The notes beneath the pieces were generated by a model. It made no database searches and had not been told where the DNA came from. It saw only the letters and a list, made by a program, of their open reading frames with translations. From Escherichia coli (lineage in GTDB: Bacteria > Pseudomonadota > Gammaproteobacteria > Enterobacterales > Enterobacteriaceae), in the NCBI RefSeq assembly GCF_003334255.1, contig NZ_QOWU01000010.1: 64,000 nucleotides of DNA, one strand, 5' to 3'. The translations under genes and the position numbers were made by a program. Below, one piece after another: positions 1-18,253 of the stretch (the first letter of the stretch is position 1; each line of letters starts with the position of its first letter).

Positions 1-1656
<1,656 letters not shown>

Positions 1657-1657
<1 letters not shown>

Positions 1658-2238
1658 TACAACTTCACCAAACCACTAAAGCCCATAAAGGCCAGAGACA
1701 TAAGACCTGCGGTAATTAACGCAATGGCATTACCGCGAAAAGGTGCCGGGACATCAGCCACAGCAAGGCGTTCGCGGATGGCGGCGAAGAGCACCATCAC
1801 CAGCGAGAAACCGACAGCGGCGGAAAAACCGTACAGCGCCGACTGCAAGAAATTGTGCCCGAGATTGATATTCAGCAACGCCACGCCGAGCACTGCACAG
1901 TTGGTGGTGATAAGCGGCAAAAAAATCCCCAGCAGACGGTAAAGCACCGGGCTGGTTTTGCGCACCACCATCTCGGTGAACTGCACGACCACAGCAATCA
2001 CCAGAATAAATGCCAGGGTGCGCAGGTAAATCAGATTAAGTGGGATCAAAATCCACGTATCGATAAGCCAGGCGCAAATAGACGCCAGCGTCATCACAAA
2101 CGTTGTTGCCAGCCCCATGCCCATCGCGGTTTCCAGTTTTTTGGAAACCCCCATAAACGGACAGAGACCGAGAAACTTGACCAGTACAAAGTTATTGACC
2201 AGTACAGTTCCGACAAACAGTAACAGGTAGTCAGTCAT
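1657..2238 (-). CDS. rsxA: RsxA, membrane subunit of Rsx/Rnf complex (193 aa)
   Basis: 193-aa polytopic membrane [34 protein letters not shown]... typical of RnfA/RsxA. Confidence 0.93.
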
Positions 2239-2314
2239 TTTTCGGCCTGAAATAAAAAAGCCGCCTATTATCCGTTAATCCAGAGCAGGCGACAACAGGT
2301 TAACTGTAAGGTTA

Positions 2315-2755
2315 TTACGGATTCACAAACGTCGCTTTTACCCGCGACGAGCGTTTGAAATAGGGGACGATCAATGCGGTTGCCAACAAAGTAAACAGCA
2401 ACTGGCGAACGGCTATGCCATCTTCCACGGGTGAAAAAGCGAATGCTTTTACTGCCAGCAATACGGAAATAAGCAGCCAGATAATATAGTGTTTAGGAAC
2501 ACAACGCCGACGTTTAAAGAAAGCGATGGTCAACCACAGTGTGTAATACCACAAGGCGATAGCGGTAATAAAAGAAACGCCCCATAAGATTTGTGTCGTC
2601 AGTGCTTGTCCGCCGAGCGTTTGAAATGTTTGCGGAGAAGATAACGCAGCGGTATACAGCAACAACGCCAGCGTCGTACTCAACAGAGCGACTAAAAGCC
2701 AGGCCAACGGGCCAAGCAACCAGCCTCCAATACGTTGTGGCGTTGTGGTGGTCAT
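2315..2755 (-). CDS. ydgK: YdgK inner membrane protein (146 aa from internal Met; ORF track extends 8 codons upstream)
   Basis: Hydrophobic ORF in conserved position downstream of rsxA; start chosen at second Met (2755) to give remembered 146-aa length. Confidence 0.8.
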   Translation of the reverse strand: MTTTTPQRIGGWLLGPLAWLLVALLSTTLALLLYTAALSSPQTFQTLGGQALTTQILWGVSFITAIALWYYTLWLTIAFFKRRRCVPKHYIIWLLISVLLAVKAFAFSPVEDGIAVRQLLFTLLATALIVPYFKRSSRVKATFVNP

Positions 2756-2840
2756 AGGTTCTCCAGAATAGCGACGCAAACAGGCAAATCTAATTTTAGG
2801 GGCGTTATTATAAGGCTTTTATAACCGATCGCTACTTTCT

Positions 2841-3056
2841 TTATTGGACATAGTGCCAGACGGACTTCGGTACCTGGCCGAGGTCAAACAAACGCCCGCC
2901 AGAAACCAGCTCTGCGCGACGGTGATCGGCAGCACGATACATATTGATCAGTTCCTGATCGTCCGTCAGGGTGTAATTAAGATGGTCGTAGAGTTTTTCC
3001 AGACTTTCGAGTGAACTGATTTTGCGAAATTTTAATAAGTAGTCCTGAACAGTCAT
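2841..3056 (-). CDS. cnu: Cnu (YdgT), Hha-family nucleoid-associated protein (71 aa)
   Basis: 71-aa [53 protein letters not shown]... matches Cnu/YdgT. Confidence 0.9.
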
Positions 3057-3328
3057 AAAAGGTCCATAAAATAATTAATACCAAAGGGGTAGGTATTATT
3101 AGTGATGATAAAATTTCACCAAAAGTGAACGCTTGTGTTATTACAATAATAAGAATGCACTGATGGCAAATATTCAGGGATGAAAAACTGCTCTGAAAAG
3201 AGTAACGCGCTTTACTATCCCTGACAATCACCAACAACATCGAACAAGATAATAAATTCCTGGTTTAATATCCGACAAGTGAAAACATGCACCCGGACGG
3301 GCAGCATGTCGCTCCACAAGTGCAGAGC

Positions 3329-3454
3329 TTACTTGTGTTGTACCGAAGCACTCTGTTCAGGTGGCTGATAGTTGTCAATGTGACTCGCCACGCCAAGAAG
3401 AATGACTGAAACGACAAGAACGATCCAACCTGTTAATTCAATAAGACGATTCAT
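3329..3454 (-). CDS. blr: Blr, small membrane protein (41 aa)
   Basis: Internal Met of the 66-aa ORF gives MNRLIELTGWIVLVVSVILLGVASHIDNYQPPEQSASVQHK (41 aa), matching Blr from memory. Confidence 0.75.
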   Translation of the reverse strand: MNRLIELTGWIVLVVSVILLGVASHIDNYQPPEQSASVQHK

Positions 3455-3696
3455 TACAGCCCACATCTCTCTTGATTGATCCATTAACTTCAGGGGGTAA
3501 ATGTTACTTAGCAATAATAGCTCCAGCAAGATTTTTACTGAGGTTTTTGCGATATTTAGCTTTTGTCGTTGGAAAATTCGCTATTTTTTTGACTTAAGTT
3601 AAACAACATCCCTTATTGCTGGCAGGTTATTAAACTGTTGAGCGTGGGTAAAGGATAGTGTCAAATAGCCATCATACTTCAATGAGAGGCAATGAC

Positions 3697-4737
3697 ATGA
3701 GCGACAACATCCGTGTTGGGTTGATTGGGTATGGTTATGCGAGCAAAACCTTCCATGCGCCCCTGATTGCGGGCACGCCCGGGCTGGAACTGGCGGTAAT
3801 CTCCAGCAGTGATGAAACAAAAGTAAAAGCCGACTGGCCAACGGTTACGGTTGTCTCTGAGCCGAAGCATCTGTTTAACGATCCCAACATAGACCTGATT
3901 GTCATTCCTACACCCAACGATACCCATTTCCCGTTAGCCAAAGCGGCGCTTGAGGCGGGTAAACATGTGGTCGTTGATAAACCCTTTACCGTGACACTGT
4001 CACAAGCGCGAGAGCTGGATGCGCTGGCAAAAAGCCTGGGGCGTGTGCTGTCTGTATTCCATAACCGTCGCTGGGATAGCGATTTCTTGACGCTAAAAGG
4101 TTTACTCGCGGAAGGCGTGCTGGGTGAAGTTGCTTACTTTGAGTCTCATTTTGACCGCTTCCGTCCGCAGGTGCGCGATCGTTGGCGTGAACAGGGCGGC
4201 CCAGGCAGCGGTATCTGGTACGATTTAGCACCACATCTTCTTGATCAGGCCATTACGCTTTTTGGTTTACCGGTCAGCATGACGGTAGATTTGGCACAGT
4301 TACGGCCCGGAGCGCAGTCGACCGATTATTTCCACGCCATCTTGTCCTATCCACAGCGGCGAGTCATTTTACACGGTACCATGCTGGCAGCCGCTGAGTC
4401 AGCACGGTATATCGTGCATGGATCCCTAGGCAGTTATGTGAAATATGGCCTCGATCCACAGGAAGAACGTCTGAAAAATGGCGAGCGTCTACCGCAGGAA
4501 GACTGGGGCTACGATATGCGTGATGGCGTACTTACCCGCGTGGAAGGTGAGGAACGTGTCGAAGAAACGCTGTTGACGGTGCCTGGGAATTATCCGGCTT
4601 ACTATGCGGCTATTCGTGATGCGTTAAATGGCGATGGTGAAAATCCGGTTCCGGCAAGCCAGGCAATCCAGGTAATGGAGTTGATTGAGCTGGGCATCGA
4701 ATCCGCCAAACATCGCGCGACTTTGTGCCTTGCATGA
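3697..4737 (+). CDS. ydgJ: YdgJ, Gfo/Idh/MocA-family NAD(P)-dependent oxidoreductase (346 aa)
   Basis: Start at ATG 3697 (MSDNIRVGLIGYGYASKTFHAPLIAG..., Rossmann GxGxxG near N-terminus); ORF track start 3658 is probably an upstream in-frame extension. Confidence 0.88.
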   Translation: MSDNIRVGLIGYGYASKTFHAPLIAGTPGLELAVISSSDETKVKADWPTVTVVSEPKHLFNDPNIDLIVIPTPNDTHFPLAKAALEAGKHVVVDKPFTVTLSQARELDALAKSLGRVLSVFHNRRWDSDFLTLKGLLAEGVLGEVAYFESHFDRFRPQVRDRWREQGGPGSGIWYDLAPHLLDQAITLFGLPVSMTVDLAQLRPGAQSTDYFHAILSYPQRRVILHGTMLAAAESARYIVHGSLGSYVKYGLDPQEERLKNGERLPQEDWGYDMRDGVLTRVEGEERVEETLLTVPGNYPAYYAAIRDALNGDGENPVPASQAIQVMELIELGIESAKHRATLCLA

Positions 4738-4770
4738 AAAATGGATGGTGCATTTGCACCATCCATTTTG

Positions 4771-5772
4771 TTACTTCGCGGCGACTTTTTCTCGCAGTGC
4801 GCGTTTTTCCTCAGCGCTGAGGAAAGCCATTTCCAGACCATTAATCTGTGCCTGGCGGATTTGCTCGCGGGATAACCCAGCAGCTGGCGCGGCAACGGTA
4901 TATTCGTGAATGATATCCACTCCCTGTACGCCGGGATCGTCAGTGTTAATGCTGGCACGAATGCCATGCTCAAGGAACGTTTTCAGCGGATGTGCAGCCA
5001 GCTCTGCTACGGTGCTGGTCTGAATATTGGAGGTCAGACAGGATTCAATACCAATTTGTTGCTCGGCGAGAAAATCCATCAGCGCCCGATCTTCAATGGC
5101 TTTTACGCCATGTCCAATACGCTCCGCACCCAGTTCACGAATCGCCTGCCAGATGCTTTCCGGCCCGGCAGCTTCGCCTGCATGGACGGTAATATGCCAG
5201 CCCGCATCACGCGCGCGGTTGAAGTGAGAAAGGAACAGACTTCCCGGGAAACCAAGTTCATCACCGGCTAAATCAAGTGCGGTAATCTGGTCACGGTGGG
5301 CTAAAAAGGCCTCCAGCTCTTGCTGACAGGCGGCTTCGCCGAAGGTCCGGCTCATAATGCCGATAAGCTTCGCCTGCACACCAAAGGTGCGGCAACCTTC
5401 ACGTACGCCATCGATCACCGCTTCGACAACACCCGCTACAGGCAGCTGATGTGCCATTGCCATGTAGCCTGGTGAAAAACGCAGCTCGACATAGTGCAGG
5501 CCGTGACGGGCTGCATCTTCAATGTTTTCAAATGCCACGCGGCGACAGGCATCAAGAGAGGCGAGAACTTTAACGCCCCAGTCAAGTTTGGTCAGAAAGC
5601 TCACCAGATCGGGTTCGTTGGCAATGACCTGAACGTGGGGAATCAGTGTTTCCAGGGATTGTGCAGGAAGCGAGATATTATACTGGCGGCCAAGTTCAAG
5701 AATGGTCTGGGGACGAATGTTGCCATCAAGGTGGCGATGGATATCAGTTAATGGCAGGGTGGTATCAATCAT
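4771..5772 (-). CDS. add: Adenosine deaminase (333 aa)
   Basis: 333-aa [31 protein letters not shown]... with the HxHLDG metal-binding motif characteristic of adenosine deaminase. Confidence 0.95.
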
Positions 5773-5875
5773 GGTCGCACTCTTTTTCTGGATATAAAAG
5801 TGCGCACCATTATAAAAACAAAGCAGGGTAAAAATCCACGATTGCGCAACGATTTTTTACGTTGCGCAATTGGGG

Positions 5876-7048
5876 TTAACGAACAGCGCGGATGGCGTTA
5901 ATTAATCCAGCCACACCTTTTTCCAGTTTCGAACGTGGGCAGCCGGCATTGAGACGGACAAAACCACGACCTTCTTCACCGTAGGTATACCCCGGCATGA
6001 TCGCGACTTTTTCTTGTTCGATAAGTGCTTTTTGCAACGCGTTGTCGTCAATATTCAACGGACGTAAATCAAGCCATGCCAGATAAGTGGATTGTGGGAT
6101 CTGCCAGTTGAGTTCAGGAAACGCGGCGTTCATTTTATCTGCGATATACGTCAGGTTATCTTTCAGATAGATGCGTAAGGCATCCAGCCACGGCGCGCCT
6201 TGCTGATAGGCGGCGATATGGGCAGTTAACGCCAGTACCGAAGGGGAAGAAAGCCCATCACGGCCTTTCAGTGCCGATAAATAGGCATCGCGGCTACTGC
6301 TATTTTCTATAATCCCGTAAGCACCGGTCAGGGCGGGAATATTGAAACTTTTCGAGCCCGACGTTAGCAACGCCCAGTCTCCGCGAGCCACATTACTCCA
6401 GGGAATATGCGGCTGCTCGCCCCAAACCATATCCATATGGATTTCATCGGAAATAACCCGCACACCATGACGCTCGCACAGGTCAGCCATGATCTCCAGC
6501 TCATCGCACGTCCACACTTTCCCGGTAGGATTCTGTGGGCTACACAGGAGCATAATTTTACATTCTGGTTTCGCCAACACGGCTTCCAACTTGCCCATAT
6601 CGCAAAACCAACCATCAGCCTGCTTCTCTAAAGCAACGGGCATTACTGTGCGCTGGTTACCTTCAATGGCCTTGTAAAATGCGTCATAGGCGGGTGTGTG
6701 GATCACCACGCCTTCACCTGTTTCAGACCACTGACGAATCAGTTCTGAAACCATATAGATGACAGAAGGGCCATACACCACCGTCTGAGAATCGATGGCG
6801 GTGTAATGCTGGGTGGAAAACCAGTGGGCAATAGCCGCGAGAAACTCATCGTTTTTCCAGCGGCTGTAGCCAAATACGCCGTGCATCAGGCGCTGATTCA
6901 GCGCCTCGATAATGCAGGGGGCAGTGGCAAAATCCATGTCTGAAATCGTGAACGGTAACAGGTCAGCAGTGCCGAAACGGTCAGCGACATAATCCCACTG
7001 TGTACACCATGTGCCATGACGATCCACGACCTTTGAAAAATCGAACAT
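5876..7048 (-). CDS. malY: MalY, PLP-dependent cystathionine beta-lyase / Mal regulon modulator (390 aa)
   Basis: 390-aa ORF MFDFSKVVDRHGTWCTQWDYVADRFG... matches MalY; sits immediately downstream of malX as in the malXY operon. Confidence 0.94.
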   Translation of the reverse strand: MFDFSKVVDRHGTWCTQWDYVADRFGTADLLPFTISDMDFATAPCIIEALNQRLMHGVFGYSRWKNDEFLAAIAHWFSTQHYTAIDSQTVVYGPSVIYMVSELIRQWSETGEGVVIHTPAYDAFYKAIEGNQRTVMPVALEKQADGWFCDMGKLEAVLAKPECKIMLLCSPQNPTGKVWTCDELEIMADLCERHGVRVISDEIHMDMVWGEQPHIPWSNVARGDWALLTSGSKSFNIPALTGAYGIIENSSSRDAYLSALKGRDGLSSPSVLALTAHIAAYQQGAPWLDALRIYLKDNLTYIADKMNAAFPELNWQIPQSTYLAWLDLRPLNIDDNALQKALIEQEKVAIMPGYTYGEEGRGFVRLNAGCPRSKLEKGVAGLINAIRAVR

Positions 7049-7057
7049 ATCTTATCC

Positions 7058-9853
<2,796 letters not shown>

Positions 9854-9964
9854 TCCTCTCTTTATCTGCTATACCTGGTAGTGTCCTTTCCTCAAGGTTA
9901 ATGATAAAAAATGTGGCACACAGGCGGTGCCTTTTATTTTTACTGAAGTTCACAGGAGGTTTAT

Positions 9965-10732
9965 GTGTTTAATTCTGACAACCTGAGACTCGACGGAAAA
10001 TGCGCCATCATCACAGGTGCGGGTGCAGGTATTGGTAAAGAAATCGCCATTACATTCGCGACAGCTGGCGCATCTGTGGTGGTCAGTGATATTAACGCCG
10101 ACGCAGCTAACCATGTTGTAGACGAAATTCAACAACTGGGTGGTCAGGCATTTGCCTGCCGTTGTGATATTACTTCCGAACAGGAACTCTCTGCACTGGC
10201 AGACTTTGCTATCAGTAAGCTGGGTAAAGTTGATATTCTGGTTAACAACGCCGGTGGCGGTGGACCTAAACCGTTTGATATGCCAATGGCGGATTTTCGC
10301 CGTGCTTATGAACTGAATGTGTTTTCTTTTTTCCATCTGTCACAACTTGTTGCGCCAGAAATGGAAAAAAATGGCGGTGGCGTTATTCTGACCATCACTT
10401 CTATGGCGGCAGAAAATAAAAATATAAACATGACTTCCTATGCATCATCTAAAGCTGCGGCCAGTCATCTGGTCAGAAATATGGCGTTTGACCTGGGTGA
10501 AAAAAATATTCGGGTAAATGGCATTGCGCCGGGGGCAATATTAACCGATGCCCTGAAATCCGTTATTACACCAGAAATTGAACAAAAAATGTTACAGCAC
10601 ACGCCGATCAGACGTCTGGGCCAACCGCAAGATATTGCTAACGCAGCGCTGTTCCTTTGCTCGCCTGCTGCGAGCTGGGTAAGCGGACAAATTCTCACCG
10701 TCTCCGGTGGTGGGGTACAGGAGCTCAATTAA
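9965..10732 (+). CDS. hdhA: 7-alpha-hydroxysteroid dehydrogenase, SDR family (255 aa, GTG start)
   Basis: 255-aa ORF MFNSDNLRLDGKCAIITGAGAGIGKEIA... with SDR TGxxxGxG and Yx3K motifs; matches HdhA; preceded by AGGAGG RBS. Confidence 0.9.
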   Translation: MFNSDNLRLDGKCAIITGAGAGIGKEIAITFATAGASVVVSDINADAANHVVDEIQQLGGQAFACRCDITSEQELSALADFAISKLGKVDILVNNAGGGGPKPFDMPMADFRRAYELNVFSFFHLSQLVAPEMEKNGGGVILTITSMAAENKNINMTSYASSKAAASHLVRNMAFDLGEKNIRVNGIAPGAILTDALKSVITPEIEQKMLQHTPIRRLGQPQDIANAALFLCSPAASWVSGQILTVSGGGVQELN

Positions 10733-10826
10733 TACACTAACGGACCGGTAAACAACCGTGCGTGTTGTTTACCGGGATAAACTCATCAACGTCTCTGCTA
10801 AATAACTGGCAGCCAAATCACGGCTA

Positions 10827-10838
10827 TTGGTTAACCAA
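10827..10838. promoter_or_regulatory. Perfect palindrome TTGGTTAACCAA upstream of uidR (candidate UidR/TetR-type operator)
   Basis: 12-bp perfect palindrome about 115 bp upstream of uidR; a near-copy (TTGGTTAACTAA) lies upstream of uidA. Confidence 0.4.
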
Positions 10839-10952
10839 TTTCAGAGTGAAAAGTATACGAATAGAGTGTGCCTTCGCACTATTCAACAGCAATGATAGGC
10901 GCTCACCTGACAACGCGGTAAACTAGTTATTCACGCTAACTATAATGGTTTA

Positions 10953-11543
10953 ATGATGGATAACATGCAGACTGAAGCACAACCGACACGGACCCGGATC
11001 CTCAATGCTGCCAGAGAGATTTTTTCAGAAAATGGATTTCACAGTGCCTCGATGAAAGCCATCTGTAAATCTTGCGCCATTAGTCCCGGGACGCTCTATC
11101 ACCATTTCATCTCCAAAGAAGCCTTGATTCAGGCGATTATCTTACAGGACCAGGAGAGGGCGCTGGCCCGTTTCCGGGAACCGATTGAAGGGATTCATTT
11201 CGTTGACTATATGGTCGAGTCCATTGTCTCTCTCACCCATGAAGCCTTTGGACAACGGGCGCTGGTGGTTGAAATTATGGCGGAAGGGATGCGTAACCCA
11301 CAGGTCGCCGCCATGCTTAAAAATAAGCATATGACGATCACGGAATTTGTTGCCCAGCGGATGCGTGATGCCCAGCAAAAAGGCGAGATAAGCCCAGACA
11401 TCAACACGGCAATGACTTCACGTTTACTGCTGGATCTGACCTACGGTGTACTGGCCGATATCGAAGCGGAAGACCTGGCGCGTGAAGCGTCGTTTGCTCA
11501 GGGATTACGCGCGATGATTGGCGGTATCTTAACCGCATCCTGA
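10953..11543 (+). CDS. uidR: UidR (GusR), TetR-family repressor of the glucuronide operon (196 aa)
   Basis: 196-aa ORF with TetR-type N-terminal HTH (TRTRILNAAREIFSENGFHSASMKAICKSCAISPGTLYHHF); position upstream of uidA. Confidence 0.9.
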   Translation: MMDNMQTEAQPTRTRILNAAREIFSENGFHSASMKAICKSCAISPGTLYHHFISKEALIQAIILQDQERALARFREPIEGIHFVDYMVESIVSLTHEAFGQRALVVEIMAEGMRNPQVAAMLKNKHMTITEFVAQRMRDAQQKGEISPDINTAMTSRLLLDLTYGVLADIEAEDLAREASFAQGLRAMIGGILTAS

Positions 11544-11874
11544 TTCTCTCTCTTTTTCGGCGGGCTGGTGATAACTGTGCCCGCGTTTCATATCGTAATT
11601 TCTCTGTGCAAAAATTATCCTTCCCGGCTTCGGAGAATTCCCCCCAAAATATTCACTGTAGCCATATGTCATGAGAGTTTATCGTTCCCAATACGCTCGA
11701 ACGAACGTTCGGTTGCTTATTTTATGGCTTCTGTCAACGCTGTTTTAAAGATTAATGCGATCTATATCACGCTGTGGGTATTGCAGTTTTTGGTTTTTTG
11801 ATCGCGGTGTCAGTTCTTTTTATTTCCATTTCTCTTCCATGGGTTTCTCACAGATAACTGTGTGCAACACAGAA

Positions 11875-15115
<3,241 letters not shown>

Positions 15116-15153
15116 TATTCAATAAAAATAATCAGAACATCAAAGGTGCAACT

Positions 15154-16419
15154 ATGAGAAAAATAGTGGCCATGGCCGTTATTTGCCTGACGGCTGCCTC
15201 TGGCCTTACCTCTGCTTATGCGGCGCAACTGGCTGACGATGAAGCGGGACTACGCATCAGACTGAAAAACGAATTGCGCAGGGCGGATAAGCCCAGTGCT
15301 GGCGCGGGAAGAGATATTTACGCATGGGTACAGGGAGGATTGCTCGATTTCAATAGTGGTTATTATTCCAATATTATTGGCGTTGAAGGCGGGGCGTATT
15401 ATGTTTATAAATTAGGTGCTCGTGCTGATATGAGTACCCGGTGGTATCTTGATGGTGATAAAAGTTTTGGCTTTGCCCTGGGGGCAGTAAAAATAAAACC
15501 CAGTGAAAATAGCCTGCTTAAATTAGGTCGCTTCGGGACGGATTATAGTTATGGTAGCTTACCTTATCGTATTCCGTTAATGGCTGGCAGTTCGCAACGT
15601 ACATTACCGACAGTTTCTGAAGGAGCATTAGGTTATTGGGCTTTAACACCAAATATTGATCTGTGGGGAATGTGGCGTTCACGAGTATTTTTATGGACTG
15701 ATTCAACAACCGGTATTCGTGATGAAGGGGTGTATAACAGCCAGACGGGAAAATACGATAAACATCGCGCACGTTCTTTTTTAGCCGCCAGTTGGCATGA
15801 TGATACCAGTCGCTATTCTCTGGGGGCATCGGTACAGAAAGATGTTTCCAATCAGATACAAAGTATTCTCGAGAAAAGCATACCGCTCGACCCGAATTAT
15901 ACGTTGAAAGGGGAGTTGCTCGGCTTTTACGCGCAGCTCGAAGGTTTAAGTCGTAATACCAGCCAGCCCAATGAAACGGCGTTGGTTAGTGGACAATTGA
16001 CCTGGAATGCGCCGTGGGGAAGTGTATTTGGCAGTGGTGGTTATTTGCGCCATGCAATGAATGGTGCCGTGGTGGATACCGACATTGGCTATCCCTTTTC
16101 ATTAAGTCTTGATCGTAACCGTGAAGGAATGCAGTCCTGGCAATTGGGCGTCAACTATCGTTTAACGCCGCAATTTACGCTGACATTTGCACCGATTGTG
16201 ACTCGCGGCTATGAATCCAGTAAACGAGATGTGCGGATTGAAGGCACGGGTATCTTAGGTGGTATGAACTATCGGGTCAGCGAAGGGCCGTTACAAGGGA
16301 TGAATTTCTTTCTTGCTGCCGATAAAGGGCGGGAAAAGCGCGATGGCAGTACGCTGGGCGATCGCCTGAATTACTGGGATGTGAAAATGAGTATTCAGTA
16401 TGACTTTATGCTGAAGTAA
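15154..16419 (+). CDS. uidC: UidC (GusC), outer-membrane protein of the glucuronide operon (421 aa)
   Basis: 421-aa ORF with signal peptide (MRKIVAMAVICLTAASGLTSAYA) and beta-barrel-like C-terminus ending in F. Confidence 0.9.
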   Translation: MRKIVAMAVICLTAASGLTSAYAAQLADDEAGLRIRLKNELRRADKPSAGAGRDIYAWVQGGLLDFNSGYYSNIIGVEGGAYYVYKLGARADMSTRWYLDGDKSFGFALGAVKIKPSENSLLKLGRFGTDYSYGSLPYRIPLMAGSSQRTLPTVSEGALGYWALTPNIDLWGMWRSRVFLWTDSTTGIRDEGVYNSQTGKYDKHRARSFLAASWHDDTSRYSLGASVQKDVSNQIQSILEKSIPLDPNYTLKGELLGFYAQLEGLSRNTSQPNETALVSGQLTWNAPWGSVFGSGGYLRHAMNGAVVDTDIGYPFSLSLDRNREGMQSWQLGVNYRLTPQFTLTFAPIVTRGYESSKRDVRIEGTGILGGMNYRVSEGPLQGMNFFLAADKGREKRDGSTLGDRLNYWDVKMSIQYDFMLK

Positions 16420-16426
16420 AAAATAA

Positions 16427-16456
16427 CGCCGGAGAGAAAAATCTCCGGCGTTTCAG
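16427..16456 (+). terminator. Intrinsic terminator downstream of uidC
   Basis: Hairpin CGCCGGAGAGAAAAATCTCCGGCG followed by TTTCAG immediately after the uidC stop. Confidence 0.6.
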
Positions 16457-16483
16457 ATTGTTGACAAAGTGCGCGTTTTTTAT

Positions 16484-16580
16484 GCCGGATGCGGCGTAAA
16501 CGCCTTATCCAGCCTACAAAAACTCATAAATTCAAAGTGTTGCAGGAAAAGGTAGGCCTGATAAGCGTAGCGCATCAGGC
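16484..16580. repeat. REP/BIME elements (two inverted REP units)
   Basis: GCCGGATGCGGCGTAAACGCCTTATCC... and GTAGGCCTGATAAGCGTAGCGCATCAGGC are characteristic E. coli REP sequences in inverted orientation between convergent genes. Confidence 0.65.
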
Positions 16581-16603
16581 AATCTCTGGTTTGTTTTCAG
16601 ATG

Positions 16604-16634
16604 AAAACGCCGGAGTGAAAATTCTCCGGCGTTT
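16604..16634 (-). terminator. Intrinsic terminator downstream of ydgA
   Basis: Hairpin AAACGCCGGAGTGAAAATTCTCCGGCGTTTT with flanking T/A runs (potentially bidirectional). Confidence 0.55.
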
Positions 16635-16644
16635 TGGCCGTGAA

Positions 16645-18153
16645 TTACTGCTGCGGAATTGCCGGTACAGCCGGAACGTTAAGAGCTGGCATCGCAAACA
16701 TGCCAACAAAATCTTCTAACGACATTTTCTGCCCATTTAACGTTATCTGACCGTTAGCATATTGCAGGCTGGTGGTGATGGTATTGTCCTGCAAGGTGGT
16801 CAGACGGAACATCTGCCCCATTGCTGATGCACCTTCAACTTGCTGTTTCGCCAGTTTTTTCGCTTGATCTTCCTGATAACCTTCCAGCTTCGCTACCTGA
16901 GTCATAAACTCAGTTGCCATATCCACCGGAATGGTCAGTTTCGCATCCAGAGATTTAACCGAACGATCTACTTCCTGCGCCAGCGTTTGCGGCGCTTCTT
17001 TAGTCGTTGCCGGATCTTTCAGGAACAGCGACAGATTCAGGGCACTTTCACCCTGACTGTTTTTCCAGCTTAGCGGCGCGATAGTAATCACCGGATCGCC
17101 TTTCAGCATCAGCGGCAGGGCGCTAAAGAAGGCTTCCGTCACTTTCTCCTGATAAAGTTCGGGGTTGTTGGCAATTTCTGGCTGTGCCAGCAGCGCCTGA
17201 GTTTGCGCGTTATATTGCTGGCTAAACTGATGCCAGGCTTCACCATCAATCTGGCCGACTTTTAAAGTCAGCTTGCCGCTGCCCAGATCCTGATTCTGTA
17301 CCTTCAGGCTGTTTAGCGAGTAATCCAGTTGGCTATTGATCGTTTTACCGTCATTGACCAGATCCGATTTACCGCTGATCTCCATGCCTTCCAGCAGTGC
17401 CAGTTCTTTGCCTTCCACTGAAATGGTCATTTTTTCCAGTGACAGTTTTTGATTTCCTACACGCTCACCAAAACTTGCCAGCGTGCTGGAACCGTCGGTT
17501 TTCAGATTATTAAAGGTCAACTGCACTTTCTGGTTGTATTCGTTAACTGCGTCTATCCGACCACTTTGCGCCTCCCCGGAAAGGGAGATGGCTTTGCCGT
17601 CTCTGTCAGCATTTAACTGGAACTCGCCGCCGCTAAAGGCGACTTTTTCATCCTTTTGCTCGTAATTCAGTGGCTTGAGCGAAATATCGGAACTGGAATC
17701 ACCGCTGTAACCAATGCGCGAGTTAATCTCAAAAGGCGTTTCACCTTTTGCCATATCAAACAGTGGTTTGCTTACTTCGTTATTAACCAGCGTGGTTTGA
17801 ATTGATGCCATCGACGGGATCAGGTTCAGTTTTTTAAGCTGGGCAAGCGGGAAGGGACCATGATCAACCGATTCGTTGAAGATGACGCTCTGACCGCTTT
17901 TAATCCACGGATTTTCTTTCCCGGCAATGGGTTTCACCAACAGTTGCAACTGGCTGCTGAATACGCCGCGATGATAGTTTTGATAACTCACTTCCAGGTT
18001 GGATTCAGGAGCTGTCAGTTTGAGTTGCGCGTTCGCCTGCGCGACCATGTCTTCGAGATGGGTTTCAATCTTCTTGCCTGTATACCATGCGCCGCCTGTC
18101 CAGACTACGCCTAGCGCAACAATGACGCCTACCGCTACCAGCGATTTATTCAT
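16645..18153 (-). CDS. ydgA: YdgA, DUF945-family periplasmic/membrane-anchored protein (502 aa)
   Basis: 502-aa ORF with N-terminal signal/anchor MNKSLVAVGVIVALGVVWTGGAWYTGKK...; conserved position between uidC and manA. Confidence 0.88.
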   Translation of the reverse strand: MNKSLVAVGVIVALGVVWTGGAWYTGKKIETHLEDMVAQANAQLKLTAPESNLEVSYQNYHRGVFSSQLQLLVKPIAGKENPWIKSGQSVIFNESVDHGPFPLAQLKKLNLIPSMASIQTTLVNNEVSKPLFDMAKGETPFEINSRIGYSGDSSSDISLKPLNYEQKDEKVAFSGGEFQLNADRDGKAISLSGEAQSGRIDAVNEYNQKVQLTFNNLKTDGSSTLASFGERVGNQKLSLEKMTISVEGKELALLEGMEISGKSDLVNDGKTINSQLDYSLNSLKVQNQDLGSGKLTLKVGQIDGEAWHQFSQQYNAQTQALLAQPEIANNPELYQEKVTEAFFSALPLMLKGDPVITIAPLSWKNSQGESALNLSLFLKDPATTKEAPQTLAQEVDRSVKSLDAKLTIPVDMATEFMTQVAKLEGYQEDQAKKLAKQQVEGASAMGQMFRLTTLQDNTITTSLQYANGQITLNGQKMSLEDFVGMFAMPALNVPAVPAIPQQ

Positions 18154-18253
18154 AATGATTATCCATAAAATGAAATCAGGCGGACTGGCCGCCTGAAGGT
18201 GTTATAAGCCTTTAATAAGCTTAGCAAGAGATGTTAATTTTTTCAGTAAGCTC

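Noticed and set aside
16489-16719. 76-aa ORF between uidC and ydgA
   Set aside because: Covers the REP/BIME elements and the terminator hairpins and overlaps the ydgA 3' end; not coding.
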